DNA of 42,863 nt, taken from NCBI RefSeq assembly GCF_006345805.1, contig NW_021835223.1:1-42863 (forward strand). Reading direction: 5' to 3'. Below the pieces are notes generated by a model, which was not told where the DNA came from, did no database searches, and saw nothing but the letters and a program-made list of their open reading frames with translations. Positions within the stretch are counted from its first letter, which is position 1; each line of letters opens with the position of its first letter. The translations under genes were made by a program, and so were the position numbers. Positions 1-10,874 of this stretch are shown piece by piece. The DNA comes from Octopus sinensis (taxonomy: Eukaryota).

Positions 1-260
1 TCTCAGGGATATTCAGCGTGACACAAGGAGTGACAATACCGGCCCTTTGAAATACAGGTACAACAGAAACAGGAAGTAAGAGTGAGAGAAAGTTGTGGTG
101 AAAGAGTACAGCAGGGATCACCACCATCCCTGCCGGAGCCTCGTGGAGCTTTTAGGTACTTTCGCTCAATAAACACTCACAACGCCCGGTCTGGGAATCG
201 AAACCGCGATCCTACGACTGCGAGTCCGCTGCCCTAACCACTGGGCCACTTGTGCCTCCA
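1..260 (-). mobile_element. tRNA-derived SINE, family 1 (octopus OR/OK-type group; exact family not assigned), runs off the window start
   Basis: The reverse complement begins TGGAGGCACAAGTGGCCCAGTGGTTAGGGCAGCGGACTCGCAG...GGTTTCGATTCCCAGACC, with Pol III A/B-box-like motifs. Head and body are shared with the copies at 13072 and 41504. Confidence 0.85.
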
Positions 261-341
261 CTAAGCATGTATATACGTGTGCTGTGTATGTATGACAGCT
301 ATGTTTTTGTGAAGGTCCTCTCCACTACTTGACAATGATTT

Positions 342-560
342 ATTAAGAAGTATGGTAATTCTGAGAGAAATTATTTCCTACTATTGTCTGATGTTGCTCG
401 GTATATGGCAGCGTTTGGGGAAGCATAGCAAGTTATGTATCCTAAGCTCTTCTATGAAACCTGCTTCTATCATCTACTACATAACTGTACTCTAAAAATA
501 AGGACTTTTCTGTAGTCGATTGGTCTAATTGCCGCTGTCAAGGATGCTACTTGACTTAAC
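342..560 (+). pseudogene. hAT-superfamily transposase relic
   Basis: Manual translation from 342 gives IKKYGNSERNYFLLLSDVARYMAAFGEA*QVMYPKLFYETCFYHLLHNCTLKIR, then after a frameshift DGLIAAVKDAT. This matches the hAT LLLSDAAxYM...HVTCxAHxLH (D, CxxH) region. It contains stops. Confidence 0.7.
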
Positions 561-775
561 GGTTGGGAAATGTAAACCAATAAAATACGTAGCAGACTTT
601 GAAAAAAAAATAAATAAAAGTGCCGGGGACGATTAACTCTACAAGGTGTAAGGTGGTACTCCAGCATTACTGCAGTCCAATGGCTACAGCAAGTAGAGTA
701 GATTAAATTAGTAACTACAAATAGTATACTGAATCTGGCATAAAATAATATTGCGATTAGTAGACAAAATTTCAA

Positions 776-1332
776 GGCGGCGAGCTGGCAGAATCGTTAG
801 TACGCTGGACGAAATGCTTAGCGGTATTTCGTCCGCCGTTACGTTCTGAGTTCAAATTCCGCTGAGGTCGACTTTGCCTTTCATCCTTTCGGGGTCGATA
901 AATTAAGCACCAGTTACGCACTGGGGTCGATGTAATCGACTTAATCCGTTTGTTGTCCCTGTTTGTCCCCTCTGTGTTTAACCCCGTGTGGGTAGTAAAG
1001 ACATATATAATTATTCTTTGAAGGCGGCGAGCTGGCAGAAACGTTAGCACGCTGGGCGAAATGCGTAGCCGTATTTCGTTTGCCGTTACTTTCTGAGTTC
1101 AAATTCCGCCGAGGTCGACTTTGCCTTTCATCCTTTCGGAGTCGATGAATTAAGTACCAGTTACGCACTGGAGTCAATATAATCGACTTAATCCGTTTGT
1201 TTGTCCTTGTTTGTCCTCTCTGTGTTTAGCCCCTTTTGGGTAGGAAAGAAATAGGTATTTCGTCTGCCGTTATGTCCAGCCCGCAGCTACCTGTATCTAT
1301 GTACGACCTCCATGGTCAATTCGATGAAATAA
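776..1332 (+). mobile_element. Two tandem CORE-type tRNA SINEs (family 2) plus a tail, inside one 17-bp target-site duplication
   Basis: Copies start at 776 and 1023 (GGCGGCGAGCTGGCAGAA...GCCTTTCATCCTTTCGG). AGTAGACAAAATTTCAA occurs at 759-775 and 1333-1349. Confidence 0.85.
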
Positions 1333-1929
1333 AGTAGACAAAATTTCAACCTTACTTTTGGTTTTCATAGCATTCTGCTTTTTCTCCAAAGCGTATTAAC
1401 AACATAACTGATATGAAAAGCCTTAAAAGAAGAAGGAAACTATATCTCAGATTAAATACGCCTCTACGGCAATATTTGCAATTTATTGTCTTGCATTATT
1501 CATAGAAGGAAATGTCATCAGAGAAAAAGGTCAGTTCGTCTTAATCTTATATATTTGAGAGTTGATCTCCCAAAGGATTAAATACAATAACGAAAGAATT
1601 TAGTAGAAGTTTCGAAAGGTCCCCATTGCAATGAAAATAAACGAGATCTTCATTATAATGAGAGTAGTATATATATAATTACAACAGGTCTCTGAAATTT
1701 ATGCAAATGTTTTAGTCATTAAGGAGAGCTGTCTACATTTCACATATTGTTGATATGAAATTAAGGTAATTAGAGTTGCGATGTGCGCATAAAGAGTAGG
1801 AAAATTGAATCGCTTCTGTAATACTTGTCAACTAAGAAGTGTGAAAAACCTATCATTCGTCTTAACTCGAAACAGCCATTATAATTCAAATATTTTCGAA
1901 ACTTCTTCTCTGTAAACATTTGTATCCCT

Positions 1930-2260
1930 ATCGACCTCCTCATACCTACCTAACATCCTCCTCCTCCCCTTCTTCCTCTTCCTCCACCTCCTCCTCCTCC
2001 CCTCCTCTTTCTCCTCCTCTTGCTCCTCCTCTTGCTCCTCCTCTTGCTCCTCCTCCTCTTGCTCCACCTCCTTCTGCTCCTCTTCCTCCACCTCCCCTGC
2101 TCCTCTTCTTCCTTCTCCTCCTCCTCCTCCTCCTCCTCTATTGTGCATTATTTTCTCCTCGCCCTTCACCACCATCTCCTCTCTCCTCCATGTTCCCACT
2201 TCTTTTCCTCTTTTTCAACATCATCATGTTCATCATCATTGCCGTCCTCATCGATTATCT
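1930..2260. repeat. Degenerate (CCT)n/(CAT)n low-complexity tract
   Basis: Direct reading; source of the poly-P/L/S/E ORFs. Confidence 0.9.
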
Positions 2261-2399
2261 TAAGGATCACCATAATAACGGCAAGGGATAATGTGGAAAT
2301 TATCAATTTATCAGGTTAATGATTTATACAATTAAGTGCTCACTCATGCACAAATGTATAAATGCATGTTCATACACATGCATGCGTGCACATGTACAT

Positions 2400-2414
2400 A
2401 TCTGTCTGTCTATA

Positions 2415-2493
<79 letters not shown>

Positions 2494-2504
2494 ATATATA
2501 TATA

Positions 2505-2541
<37 letters not shown>
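2400..2541. repeat. (CTAT)n then (TA)n microsatellite
   Basis: Direct reading. Confidence 0.95.
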
Positions 2542-2543
<2 letters not shown>

Positions 2544-2614
2544 TCATTATAATAGAGGGTACACGAAGCACCAGCTTGCTAGAACGGAGTTAAAATCCTC
2601 AACCTATCAATAAT

Positions 2615-2875
2615 CTAACTGAAAATGCTGCGCAACGGACCAACAGAAATCGGGCAAATGAGCGATGAGCGAATTTTAACATACTATCTCAGCTAAAAAT
2701 CTGTAGAATGAAGTAACAGATATACCAGTTTCATGATTTCCAATTCTGGCTAGGTGCCTTAATTCTCGTCAGCAGGTCTTGCCATACCTAAAATGAAAAG
2801 TCCGTTCGCCCCATGGAATCCGCTACATTTTGAATAGTCTCATGCCAAATTCAAAACAACTTTAGTGCATTTATT
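2615..2875 (-). mobile_element. Interspersed repeat family A, copy 1, with degenerate type-I hammerhead at 2724-2777
   Basis: The reverse complement aligns over ~260 bp to 6605-6865. It contains ACCTG-CTGACGA-GAATT...AATTG-GAAA-TCATGA-AA-CTGGT and abuts (TA)n at 2876. Confidence 0.7.
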
Positions 2876-2876
2876 A

Positions 2877-2944
<68 letters not shown>

Positions 2945-3018
2945 AATATATAACATATATATATATATATATAACATATACATATATATATATATACATA
3001 TATTATATATACATATAC

Positions 3019-3051
<33 letters not shown>

Positions 3052-3121
3052 ATAATACATATACATATATATATACATATACATATATATATATATATAC
3101 AATATATATATATACATATAC

Positions 3122-3156
<35 letters not shown>

Positions 3157-3160
3157 ATAT

Positions 3161-3251
<91 letters not shown>

Positions 3252-3272
3252 TATATATATAATATATATATA
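2876..3272. repeat. Compound (TA)n/(TACA)n microsatellite
   Basis: Direct reading. Confidence 0.95.
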
Positions 3273-3336
3273 TTTGTAAAAAAAGAAGTTCGAAAATGCT
3301 GCTGTATTATACAATTTTTAATTTTATATATATACA

Positions 3337-3379
3337 TTATAACATGTTTCAGTTCCTGAAATGAACTTTTATCAAAAAA
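3337..3379 (-). ncRNA. Minimal PLE-type hammerhead-like motif (U3-A8 core variant)
   Basis: Minus strand reads UUUU-UUGAUAA-A-AGUUC-AUUUCAG-GAACU-GAAA-CAUG-UU-AUAA: 5-bp stem II, palindromic ACAUGU stem III, weak stem I (3 of 4 pairs). Confidence 0.5.
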
Positions 3380-3693
3380 GTTATATAAAAAAAAAGACAG
3401 CTCATGCCGTCAAACACAAGAAGAAATTCATTTATAATACACAACGGAGTCAGACATCTTAGAGTTCATGTATAGGTTGATATATAGTTCATGTATAGTT
3501 GATATATAGTTTGAGTATATGTTCAAAGTGTTCGATGCAATGGCCCACGGTGGCGATACGTATTCAATACAAAAAACAGATCAAAGTGGTGGAAAGCGGT
3601 CAATACAGAAGATTGATGTTCCGAAAGAGCGAGGAATTCATTTTACCTTAAGCAAATGTGATGACCCATGGTGGATGTTCGCTGGGTGGTTCT

Positions 3694-4170
3694 AATGAGT
3701 TTTTGTGACGTGTTCGGTTTTATAATGCTGTTAGGTGGTCAATCAGCGTAGCGTGACGTCATCAACGTTTCGACCAATCGTTTCGTTAGGTGGCTTTAAC
3801 GGGACGTCATCATTATTTTGACCAATCGCTGCATTATAACTTCCTCTTGTTTGTTTTCCTGTTTTGAACAGTCGCTTCGTTAGTCAAGTAGAACGGGACG
3901 TCATCATTAGTTGACCAATCGCTGCATTATAACTGCCTCTTGTTTGTTTCCTGTCCTGACCAGTCGCTTCGTTAGTCAAGCAGAACGGGACGTCATGCAG
4001 ATTCTGCCCAATCACGACTTATAGCTACATTAGAATGCCCCCTGTCTGTACTTGTTAGGTGACTATTCAAGCAGAAGAAAAGGGACGTCATCAATATTCT
4101 GACTAATGACTGTCCATGTTTGTATCCTGTCCATTTAGCTGAGCTAGACGTCATCAACTTGTTGACCAAT
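3694..4170 (-). promoter_or_regulatory. Putative PLE pseudo-LTR Pol II promoter: six ATTGG-N11/12-TGACGTC modules, then TATAAAA and an Inr-like TCATT
   Basis: Plus-strand GACGTCA starts at 3755, 3803, 3897, 3989, 4084 and 4147. Each is followed 11-12 nt later by CCAAT (CTAAT once). Minus-strand TATAAAA is at 3724-3718 and TCATT at 3698-3694. Confidence 0.55.
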
Positions 4171-4362
4171 CAGAATCGGGTCTGACCCTTAGCTGTATTG
4201 TATGTATCAGGGTCAGATTTGCACGAAAGAATTTTTTTCATTTTTTTACTTGGGTATATTTCCGTCAGAGTGAGTGTCTGTTTGAAGTAGCGGTCGTGGT
4301 GGAATTTTGCTTCTCCTTTTCGGAGGACTTATCTTTTGTTTTAGTATTCTGCCCCAGGGTGT

Positions 4363-4975
4363 TTAAACTTGGTCTAAATTTTTTATGAAATATAGTTCTT
4401 TATTTTGGCGTTGTGTGAAGGTTGCGTTGTCACTGAATTTATAGAGCGGGTTAGTTGTAAATTTCGGATTTACATTTCCAGCACATCTATCTATGTGTCC
4501 GCTGACCGGTATTCGGTAATCAGGGTTTCTAATTTGTGATTTATGCACCGCCATCCTGTTACGTAAGCTATTTTTTGTATGGCCTATATACTGCCTATTG
4601 CAGCCTGCGCATGTTATGACGTAAATTAAGTTTTCTGATGCGCAGGTGAAGTTTGTTCTAATGGTGAACTGGTGGCCTTGTTCCAGTATAAATTCTGATC
4701 CTTCTTTCAAGATGACACAGATTCCGCAGTTGGGCTTCCACATTTTCTAACTGCTGGTTTGTGGTTGATGTTGAGTGCAGTGTAGCTTGGGTTAAAATCC
4801 TTTTCAAGGATTTTGGTTGCCGTTTACTTTAATGATGGTGTGTGTTTCGAGGACCCGGTTCATCTTTGGGTCTCCCTTTAGTAGGGCTGTCTTTGTAGTA
4901 TGGTGTTGAAGGCCTCATTGTTGAGTGGGTTGTGTGTAGAAATGTAGGGAAGGGTTTTTAATTGTTCTTTCTTTA
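4363..4975 (-). pseudogene. PLE ORF C-terminus: linker, Cys-rich motif and GIY-YIG endonuclease (frameshifted)
   Basis: [16 protein letters not shown] ... VRKCG.PNCGIC ... NFTCASENLIYVITCAGCNRQYIGHTKNSLRNRMAVHK ... KELYFIK. The IY-x-I-x-C-xx-C-xx-YIG-x-T pattern is the PLE GIY-YIG signature. Confidence 0.9.
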
Positions 4976-5093
4976 TATATATGTGTATATATGTGTATAT
5001 ATGTATATGTATATATATATATATGTATATGTATATATATGTATATATATATGTATATGTGTATATATGTATATATGTATATGATGTGTATAT

Positions 5094-5125
<32 letters not shown>

Positions 5126-5152
5126 GTATATGTATATATATATATGTATATG

Positions 5153-5184
<32 letters not shown>

Positions 5185-5300
5185 TACATACATACATACA
5201 TATAACATATATATATATATACATACATATATATATGTATAATACATATATATATATATACATATATATATATACATATACATATATATATATACTATAC

Positions 5301-5334
<34 letters not shown>

Positions 5335-5486
5335 ATATATACACATATACATATATACATATATACACATATACATATATATATACATATATATACATAT
5401 ACATACACATATATATATATATACATATACATATATACACATATACATATATATATACATATACATATATACACATATACATATAT

Positions 5487-5518
<32 letters not shown>

Positions 5519-5558
5519 GTATATATACATATACATATACATACATATATATATATAT
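4976..5558. repeat. Compound (TA)n/(TATG)n/(TACA)n microsatellite
   Basis: Direct reading. Confidence 0.95.
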
Positions 5559-6305
5559 GGGAGTAACAGTGGACAACAACATAAGCTGGGCTACACATAT
5601 AAGCAGCAAAGTTGACATGGCCCGCAGAATGTGTTCCTGGATTCTCAGAACCTTCCAGTCGAGAGATTCCCACGCTATTATCCTTCTCTTCTCCACTTTT
5701 GCCCGACCCCACCTTGAATACTGCTGTCCACTGTGGTCTCCCTACACAAAACAAAATATTATGAGAATTGAAGCTCCCCAAAGGTCAATCACAAAAAGAT
5801 AGATGGCATGTCAGACCTTGACTACTGGGGTAGACTAGAGAAGGTGAAATTGTATTCACTCCAACGACGCCGTGAACGCTACATTATCTGTATGATGTGG
5901 AAAATATTCCACCAGCACTGTCCGAATGATGTTGGCATCACCTTCAAAATGCATCCAAGGCTTGGACCACGTGCCATCCGTCCACAACAAAAATCTAAAT
6001 CGCATCACATAACGACAATACGGCACAACTATTTCACCTCAATTGGACCTGCTCTCTTCAACATTACGCCGGGGCACGTCAAAAAAGAAACTGACCACAC
6101 AAAATTCAAGAAGTCTTTGGACAAATTCCTTCAAACAGTACCGGACAAACCATCCACACCTGGATATGTCTCCGCAAACAATAACTCTCTGCTCGAATGG
6201 GCCTTGGTGCCCAAATCCTGAACTGAAAGACTTTGCCAGGTGGTGCTGTTAAGTTAGACATGGCCTGGGCCAATACTGGCCAAAACCTTTCTAAGTTATT
6301 CTAAG

Positions 6306-6309
<4 letters not shown>
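5559..6309 (+). mobile_element. 5'-truncated CR1/L2-group LINE (RT C-terminal region plus 3' end), one frameshift
   Basis: [14 protein letters not shown]...[14 protein letters not shown]...[10 protein letters not shown], 1-nt frameshift near 5800, then LDYWGRLEKVKLYSLQRRRERY...FKKSLDKFLQTVPDKP. Ends in (TTCTAAGTTA)x2 followed by (TA)n. Confidence 0.9.
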
Positions 6310-6336
<27 letters not shown>

Positions 6337-6338
<2 letters not shown>

Positions 6339-6592
6339 ACATTTAGAGGACTAACCACTAAAAGTGGACAGCCTATATACTAAACATAGACGTCAAATCG
6401 CCATTTACCACGAAGAATGTGTTCTCAAGAAAAGTCTCAGCAAAAAACGAAAGCGTAAAAAATATGCAAGACACAGGAAGATATACGAAATAAAAAATTA
6501 TTACCTATGTACCAATTGATTTCACTTGTTAATATTTACGTATATGGACACGCAAACATCTTCAAGATCATCAGCATAGCCACTCCTGCGCC
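6337..6592 (-). mobile_element. Repeat family B with near-intact type-I hammerhead at 6505-6579
   Basis: Minus strand reads CUAUG-CUGAUGA-U-CUUG...CAAG-U-GAAA-U-CAAUUG-G-UA-CAUAG: 5-bp stem I, palindromic stem III, GUA site. Flanked by TA-rich sequence. Confidence 0.65.
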
Positions 6593-6604
6593 TATAGATA
6601 TATA

Positions 6605-6865
6605 TTTTATGCACTGAAATTGTTTTGAATTTGGTGAGAGACTATTCAAAGCGAAACGGATTCCAACGCGGTGAGTTGGATTTTTCATTTTGGATATTGC
6701 GAGACCTGCTGACGAGAATTAAGACACCAGCCAGAATTCACAATCATGATTCAAATTTATCTGTTAGGCCATTGTACAGCTCTTTAGCTGAGATATTATG
6801 TTAAATTTTGCTTGTTTGCTCTATTTCTGTTGGTCCGTTGCATATTTTCAGTGAGATTGGTGGAT
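6605..6865 (+). mobile_element. Repeat family A, copy 2, with degenerate hammerhead at 6704-6756
   Basis: Inverted, diverged copy of 2615-2875. Contains ACCTG-CTGACGA-GAATT...AATTC-ACAA-TCATGA-TT-CAAAT. Confidence 0.7.
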
Positions 6866-7106
6866 AATTTGAGGATTTTAACTGTCCTTTCTAACAATCT
6901 GTTGTTTCGTGTACCCTATATTATAATTATGAATGTATTGTTTAGTTATTTAATGCTAATATTGCTTGGTGCCATAATATTATTGTGGTTATTATTATCA
7001 ATTATTTAGATTTACCGCTAGTAATATCTTTACGAATATTCATTTGAATATCTATTCATTCATATATATAATATAATATAATATAATATATATATATATA
7101 TATATA

Positions 7107-7302
7107 ACGGGAAGGTTTACGAAAATAAACAAAAGACGAAGGCAGGTGGAGTACAAACAAACAATGTATTAGTATGGCGCTCAGGAATAGAAATAAAACA
7201 AGTCTTTTACGTTTCGAGCCTACGCTCTTCGACAGAAAGATACACAGAAAAGAAACAAGGAGAGAAAAAAATTGCGTGTAGGGGCTAACGATCCAACATG
7301 GC

Positions 7303-7303
<1 letters not shown>
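7107..7303 (-). mobile_element. Short repeat family C between (TA)n tracts, with hammerhead-like motif at 7203-7240
   Basis: Minus strand reads UCUUU-CUGUCGA-A-GAGC-GUAG-GCUC-GAAAC-GUA-AAAGA. All three stems are present; the core has A6>U. Confidence 0.65.
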
Positions 7304-7346
<43 letters not shown>

Positions 7347-7367
7347 GAACATGCATACATACTTATA

Positions 7368-8052
7368 TACAAGGGTGTGTCAAAACTTATACACACTCTT
7401 GCTTTTCAATGTATTTCCACAAAAGCAGGGATAAACAAGTACGTCAGTTTTCTATATATTCTCCTTCCTTCTCGATGCACTTGGTCCAGCGGTCCACAAG
7501 CTTGCGTATTTTCTCCAAGAAGAAGGTTTTCGGTTGGTCGTGCAACCATTTATACACCGCTTCCTTCACATCTTTATCCATAGGAAATCGACGTCCTTGT
7601 AAAACTTTGAGCGGTCCAAAGATATGATTGTCGGAAGGGGCGAGATTCGGGATGTAGGCATGGTGTTCCAGCAATTCAAAACCCAATTGGTTAATGGTTT
7701 AAACGGTCTGGGCAACCGCGCTCCGACAATACGTTTCGATACTTGGTGCAAATTGCTGGCTTCAGTTTGTTGGCCAGCAAAGCACTGTATCTTGCACTGT
7801 TGATCGTACACGCCTTTTCCTGAGAAATTGGATCACTGCTCTTTGTTTTTCTTTGGTGCACATTGATAATGGAGCGGCTGTGCTTACACTGTAAAGCCAG
7901 AAAGAAAAATGGCGCGATCATGCTCAAATTAAATTTTTGATGGCGTGACCATAATAGAACCAAACTATAAACATGCATGTGTAGAAGGTAGTGTAACAAT
8001 AAGAATGTTATGTTATGGCGAAAGTGCGGATAACTTTTGACTTCCCATCGTA
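7368..8052 (-). mobile_element. Internally deleted mariner (Tc1/mariner) element
   Basis: The minus strand encodes LGFELLEHHAYIPNLAPSDNHIFGPLK...FFLEKIRKLVDRWTKCIEKEGEYIE (YSPDLAPSD motif and mariner C-terminus). Imperfect TIRs TACAAGGGTGTGTCAAAACTTA and TACGATGGGAAGTCAAAAGTTA, with TA ends. Confidence 0.85.
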
Positions 8053-8589
8053 CATAGTGTATATATAAATGCTTGCACGCAAAAATGTATTGGTGGATAC
8101 ATGTATATATATATGTATATATCCCCATTTATTTACAATACACACATATATCATTATATGTGTGAGAGTGCGTGAGTGTGTGCATTTGTGTGTGCATTCA
8201 GGTACTTAAGTGTGTATCCATGGTCCTTTTACTCTCACACTATTAGGCGTAGATCAGGGATGGCATTTCATAAGACTTAGGTTTCGACGATGGGCAAAGA
8301 AACATATGAAGAAAGAATTTTGGTACAGAGCGAAGGAAAAAGCTTATTATTAAGTCTAGCGGTGCTACCAAAGGGATTAACGGTTCAGGATAAATGTTAT
8401 TCGAATAAAGTTCTGTCTGTCGGGCTTGTCTGTGACGCATGGAGAGCGACGAATAATTCAGCTGTGACTTGTTTAGTTTTCAAGTATTGATGAAATGAGA
8501 AATGTGAAGCTATATCAAACGAATGTTATTGAGTGTGGAACGAATCCAGCTCTAGGTCAAGACTTTCGTAAAATATCTTTATTTCATCC

Positions 8590-8900
8590 ATTGGAGTGCA
8601 GTTGTACTGAAGCACCGCTTCGAAAGTTTTAGTCGAAAAAATTGACACGAGTAATTATTTGTTATATCTGGTATTATTTTGTCCGTCTCTTTTGTCTAAC
8701 CACAAAGTTGCAGTTGTCGAGTGGTTGGGGACAAACACGCACATAGATACACACATGCATACACAAACATATGCGGTGGGGTTACACTCAATTTCTTGCC
8801 TACCAAATTCGCTAACAAAATATTTGTCGGTCTGCGGCAATAATAGAAGAGACTTGCACAAAGGGCTGCGCATGAAGTCACATGGTTGGAAAACTATCCT
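8590..8900 (-). mobile_element. Old, degenerate family-3 SINE
   Basis: The reverse complement resembles GGGCAAGTGTCTTCTA...GACCAAAGCCTTGTGAGTGGATTTGGTAG and the GTGTTTGTCCCC...AAAAGAGACCGATAG body of the copies at 18879 and 25508. Confidence 0.6.
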
Positions 8901-9220
8901 TTTCTTGACCCCATAACGATGCTTGCGCCTCTGTAAGGAAACGTAGGTATTTAACCCTTTATGGTAGCCACGACAGAAGAACTGGTATATCAGTCTCGTT
9001 AATAAAATACTGTGGCCATGACTATATATCTTCAGCCAGGCTCTCGTCTACTTCTAATTTCACTTAAGACGGAATGTCAGGATTGAGCAGGAGATCCTTT
9101 TCTCTCTCAAAACCCCAATGAGAGTCGGGTACGAATTGTGAAACAGGTACATATAACAAGTATAGCTCCTGATCGGTGCCTAGCGATTGCAGTTTGGATT
9201 GTTTTTGTTGGTATTGCACG

Positions 9221-9319
<99 letters not shown>

Positions 9320-9654
9320 TAATATATTTGTGTTTTAATGTTGTAATGTATTGTTGTCTATAAACTATTTATTGTCTAATATATCGTGTAATACGTTAAT
9401 GTCAGAAACGTTGGATTTAAAAATATACCAAAGTCTCGATTAGGTGCCCGGTTCCCCCTTACTGTAATTTAAATGCTATTTCCTTTCAATGGGGGTTAAA
9501 GTCTCAATTTCTCATCTTCTCACAACTGCTGACCTGCGCGATTGATTTTCCTGTGTAAGCACTTCTCATACTCAGCTACTTTTCCACTTGTTGTCTATGA
9601 ACAAATTCTTCATACAGTCATGACGACCATCGCAATTACAAAATTATAAATCAC

Positions 9655-9740
9655 CACCAGCACCAGCAACAACAGTATCACCGCCATCATCATCATCATC
9701 ATCATCATCATCGTCGTCGTCGTCATCATCATCATCGTCG

Positions 9741-9817
<77 letters not shown>

Positions 9818-9865
9818 GTCCTCATCATCGTCATCATCGCTATCATCATTGCCGGCACCATCACT
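9655..9865. repeat. (CAT)n trinucleotide array
   Basis: Direct reading; source of the poly-D/poly-M ORFs. Confidence 0.95.
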
Positions 9866-10432
9866 GTTCATTAACACTGAAAAACAAAAATCGATTCTCT
9901 TTATATCCTCGAGGTTTCCGACAATATATAATTTTATTTGTCAGACTTGCTAACGAACGACTGGTGAATGTGATAATATTTCGGGACGAATTCTGTCAGT
10001 GAGAAAGTAAAATTAAAAAAAAACACACAAAAAAAAACAAAAACAAAAAAAGAACACAAAGCAAAAATAAAGAAAAATGCAAAACGAAAAGGTAGACATA
10101 ATGCGAGAACAAAATGAAATGAGAAATAAAACCGAAGGTAGAGAAAGAATAAATAATGGGAAATGTAATTTCATTCCACGCTCTGAGATTTTTTTTTCGC
10201 ACTACATCTGATTAACAATCTTCTGTTTCAATAAAAATATGAACAGAAAGCGGTGGCCAGAAATATTGATCAATGATCAGATAAATTGTTGCAATTTTTT
10301 TTATCACTTTCATTCTGTCTGTCTTTCAGTCTCTCTTAACACCCAACCTTCATTCCACTAGTGCGCGCACATATATGTATGTATGATTATACACTCATGC
10401 ACACATACACACACACTCACACACTCACACAC

Positions 10433-10469
<37 letters not shown>

Positions 10470-10726
10470 TCTGTGTGTGTGTATGTGTGTGTGCATGAGA
10501 GTATGAGCAAACATATATGCAGACGCACCGGCGGGGTGGGGGTGGGTGCTAAGAGAGGCTGTTTGCGCGTGTCTGTGTGTGTATTATGCACAGATCTGTT
10601 TTTTCCATTATTATACGCACACATGAACACATAATTAGACATACATACAGGTATATAATATATACGAGTGCTTGCATGTATGTGTGTGAGAGTGCGTGAG
10701 AATGTTTATGCGTGCGTGTGCTGAAA

Positions 10727-10762
<36 letters not shown>

Positions 10763-10771
10763 ATATCTATA

Positions 10772-10874
<103 letters not shown>

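Larger units (their letters stand above)
3273..4975 (-). mobile_element. 5'-truncated Penelope-like element (3' ORF part plus 3' UTR/pseudo-LTR), flanked on both sides by (TA)n
   Basis: GIY-YIG ORF remnant at 4363-4975, then a ~1.1-kb non-coding 3' region with a motif array and a hammerhead-like motif. The left boundary of the element is inferred. Confidence 0.8.

Noticed and set aside
772-1177. Recurrent ORFs containing RKDERQSRPRRNLNSER (also 33045-33491)
   Set aside because: These are antisense translations of the family-2 SINE, not a protein family.
1350-1640. Possible continuation of the hAT relic beyond the SINE dimer
   Set aside because: I could not recover a convincing motif by manual translation.
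8982-9040. Minus-strand CUGG-CUGAAGA...GAGAC...UA-CCAG
   Set aside because: GAAA is broken, and stems II and III do not pair.
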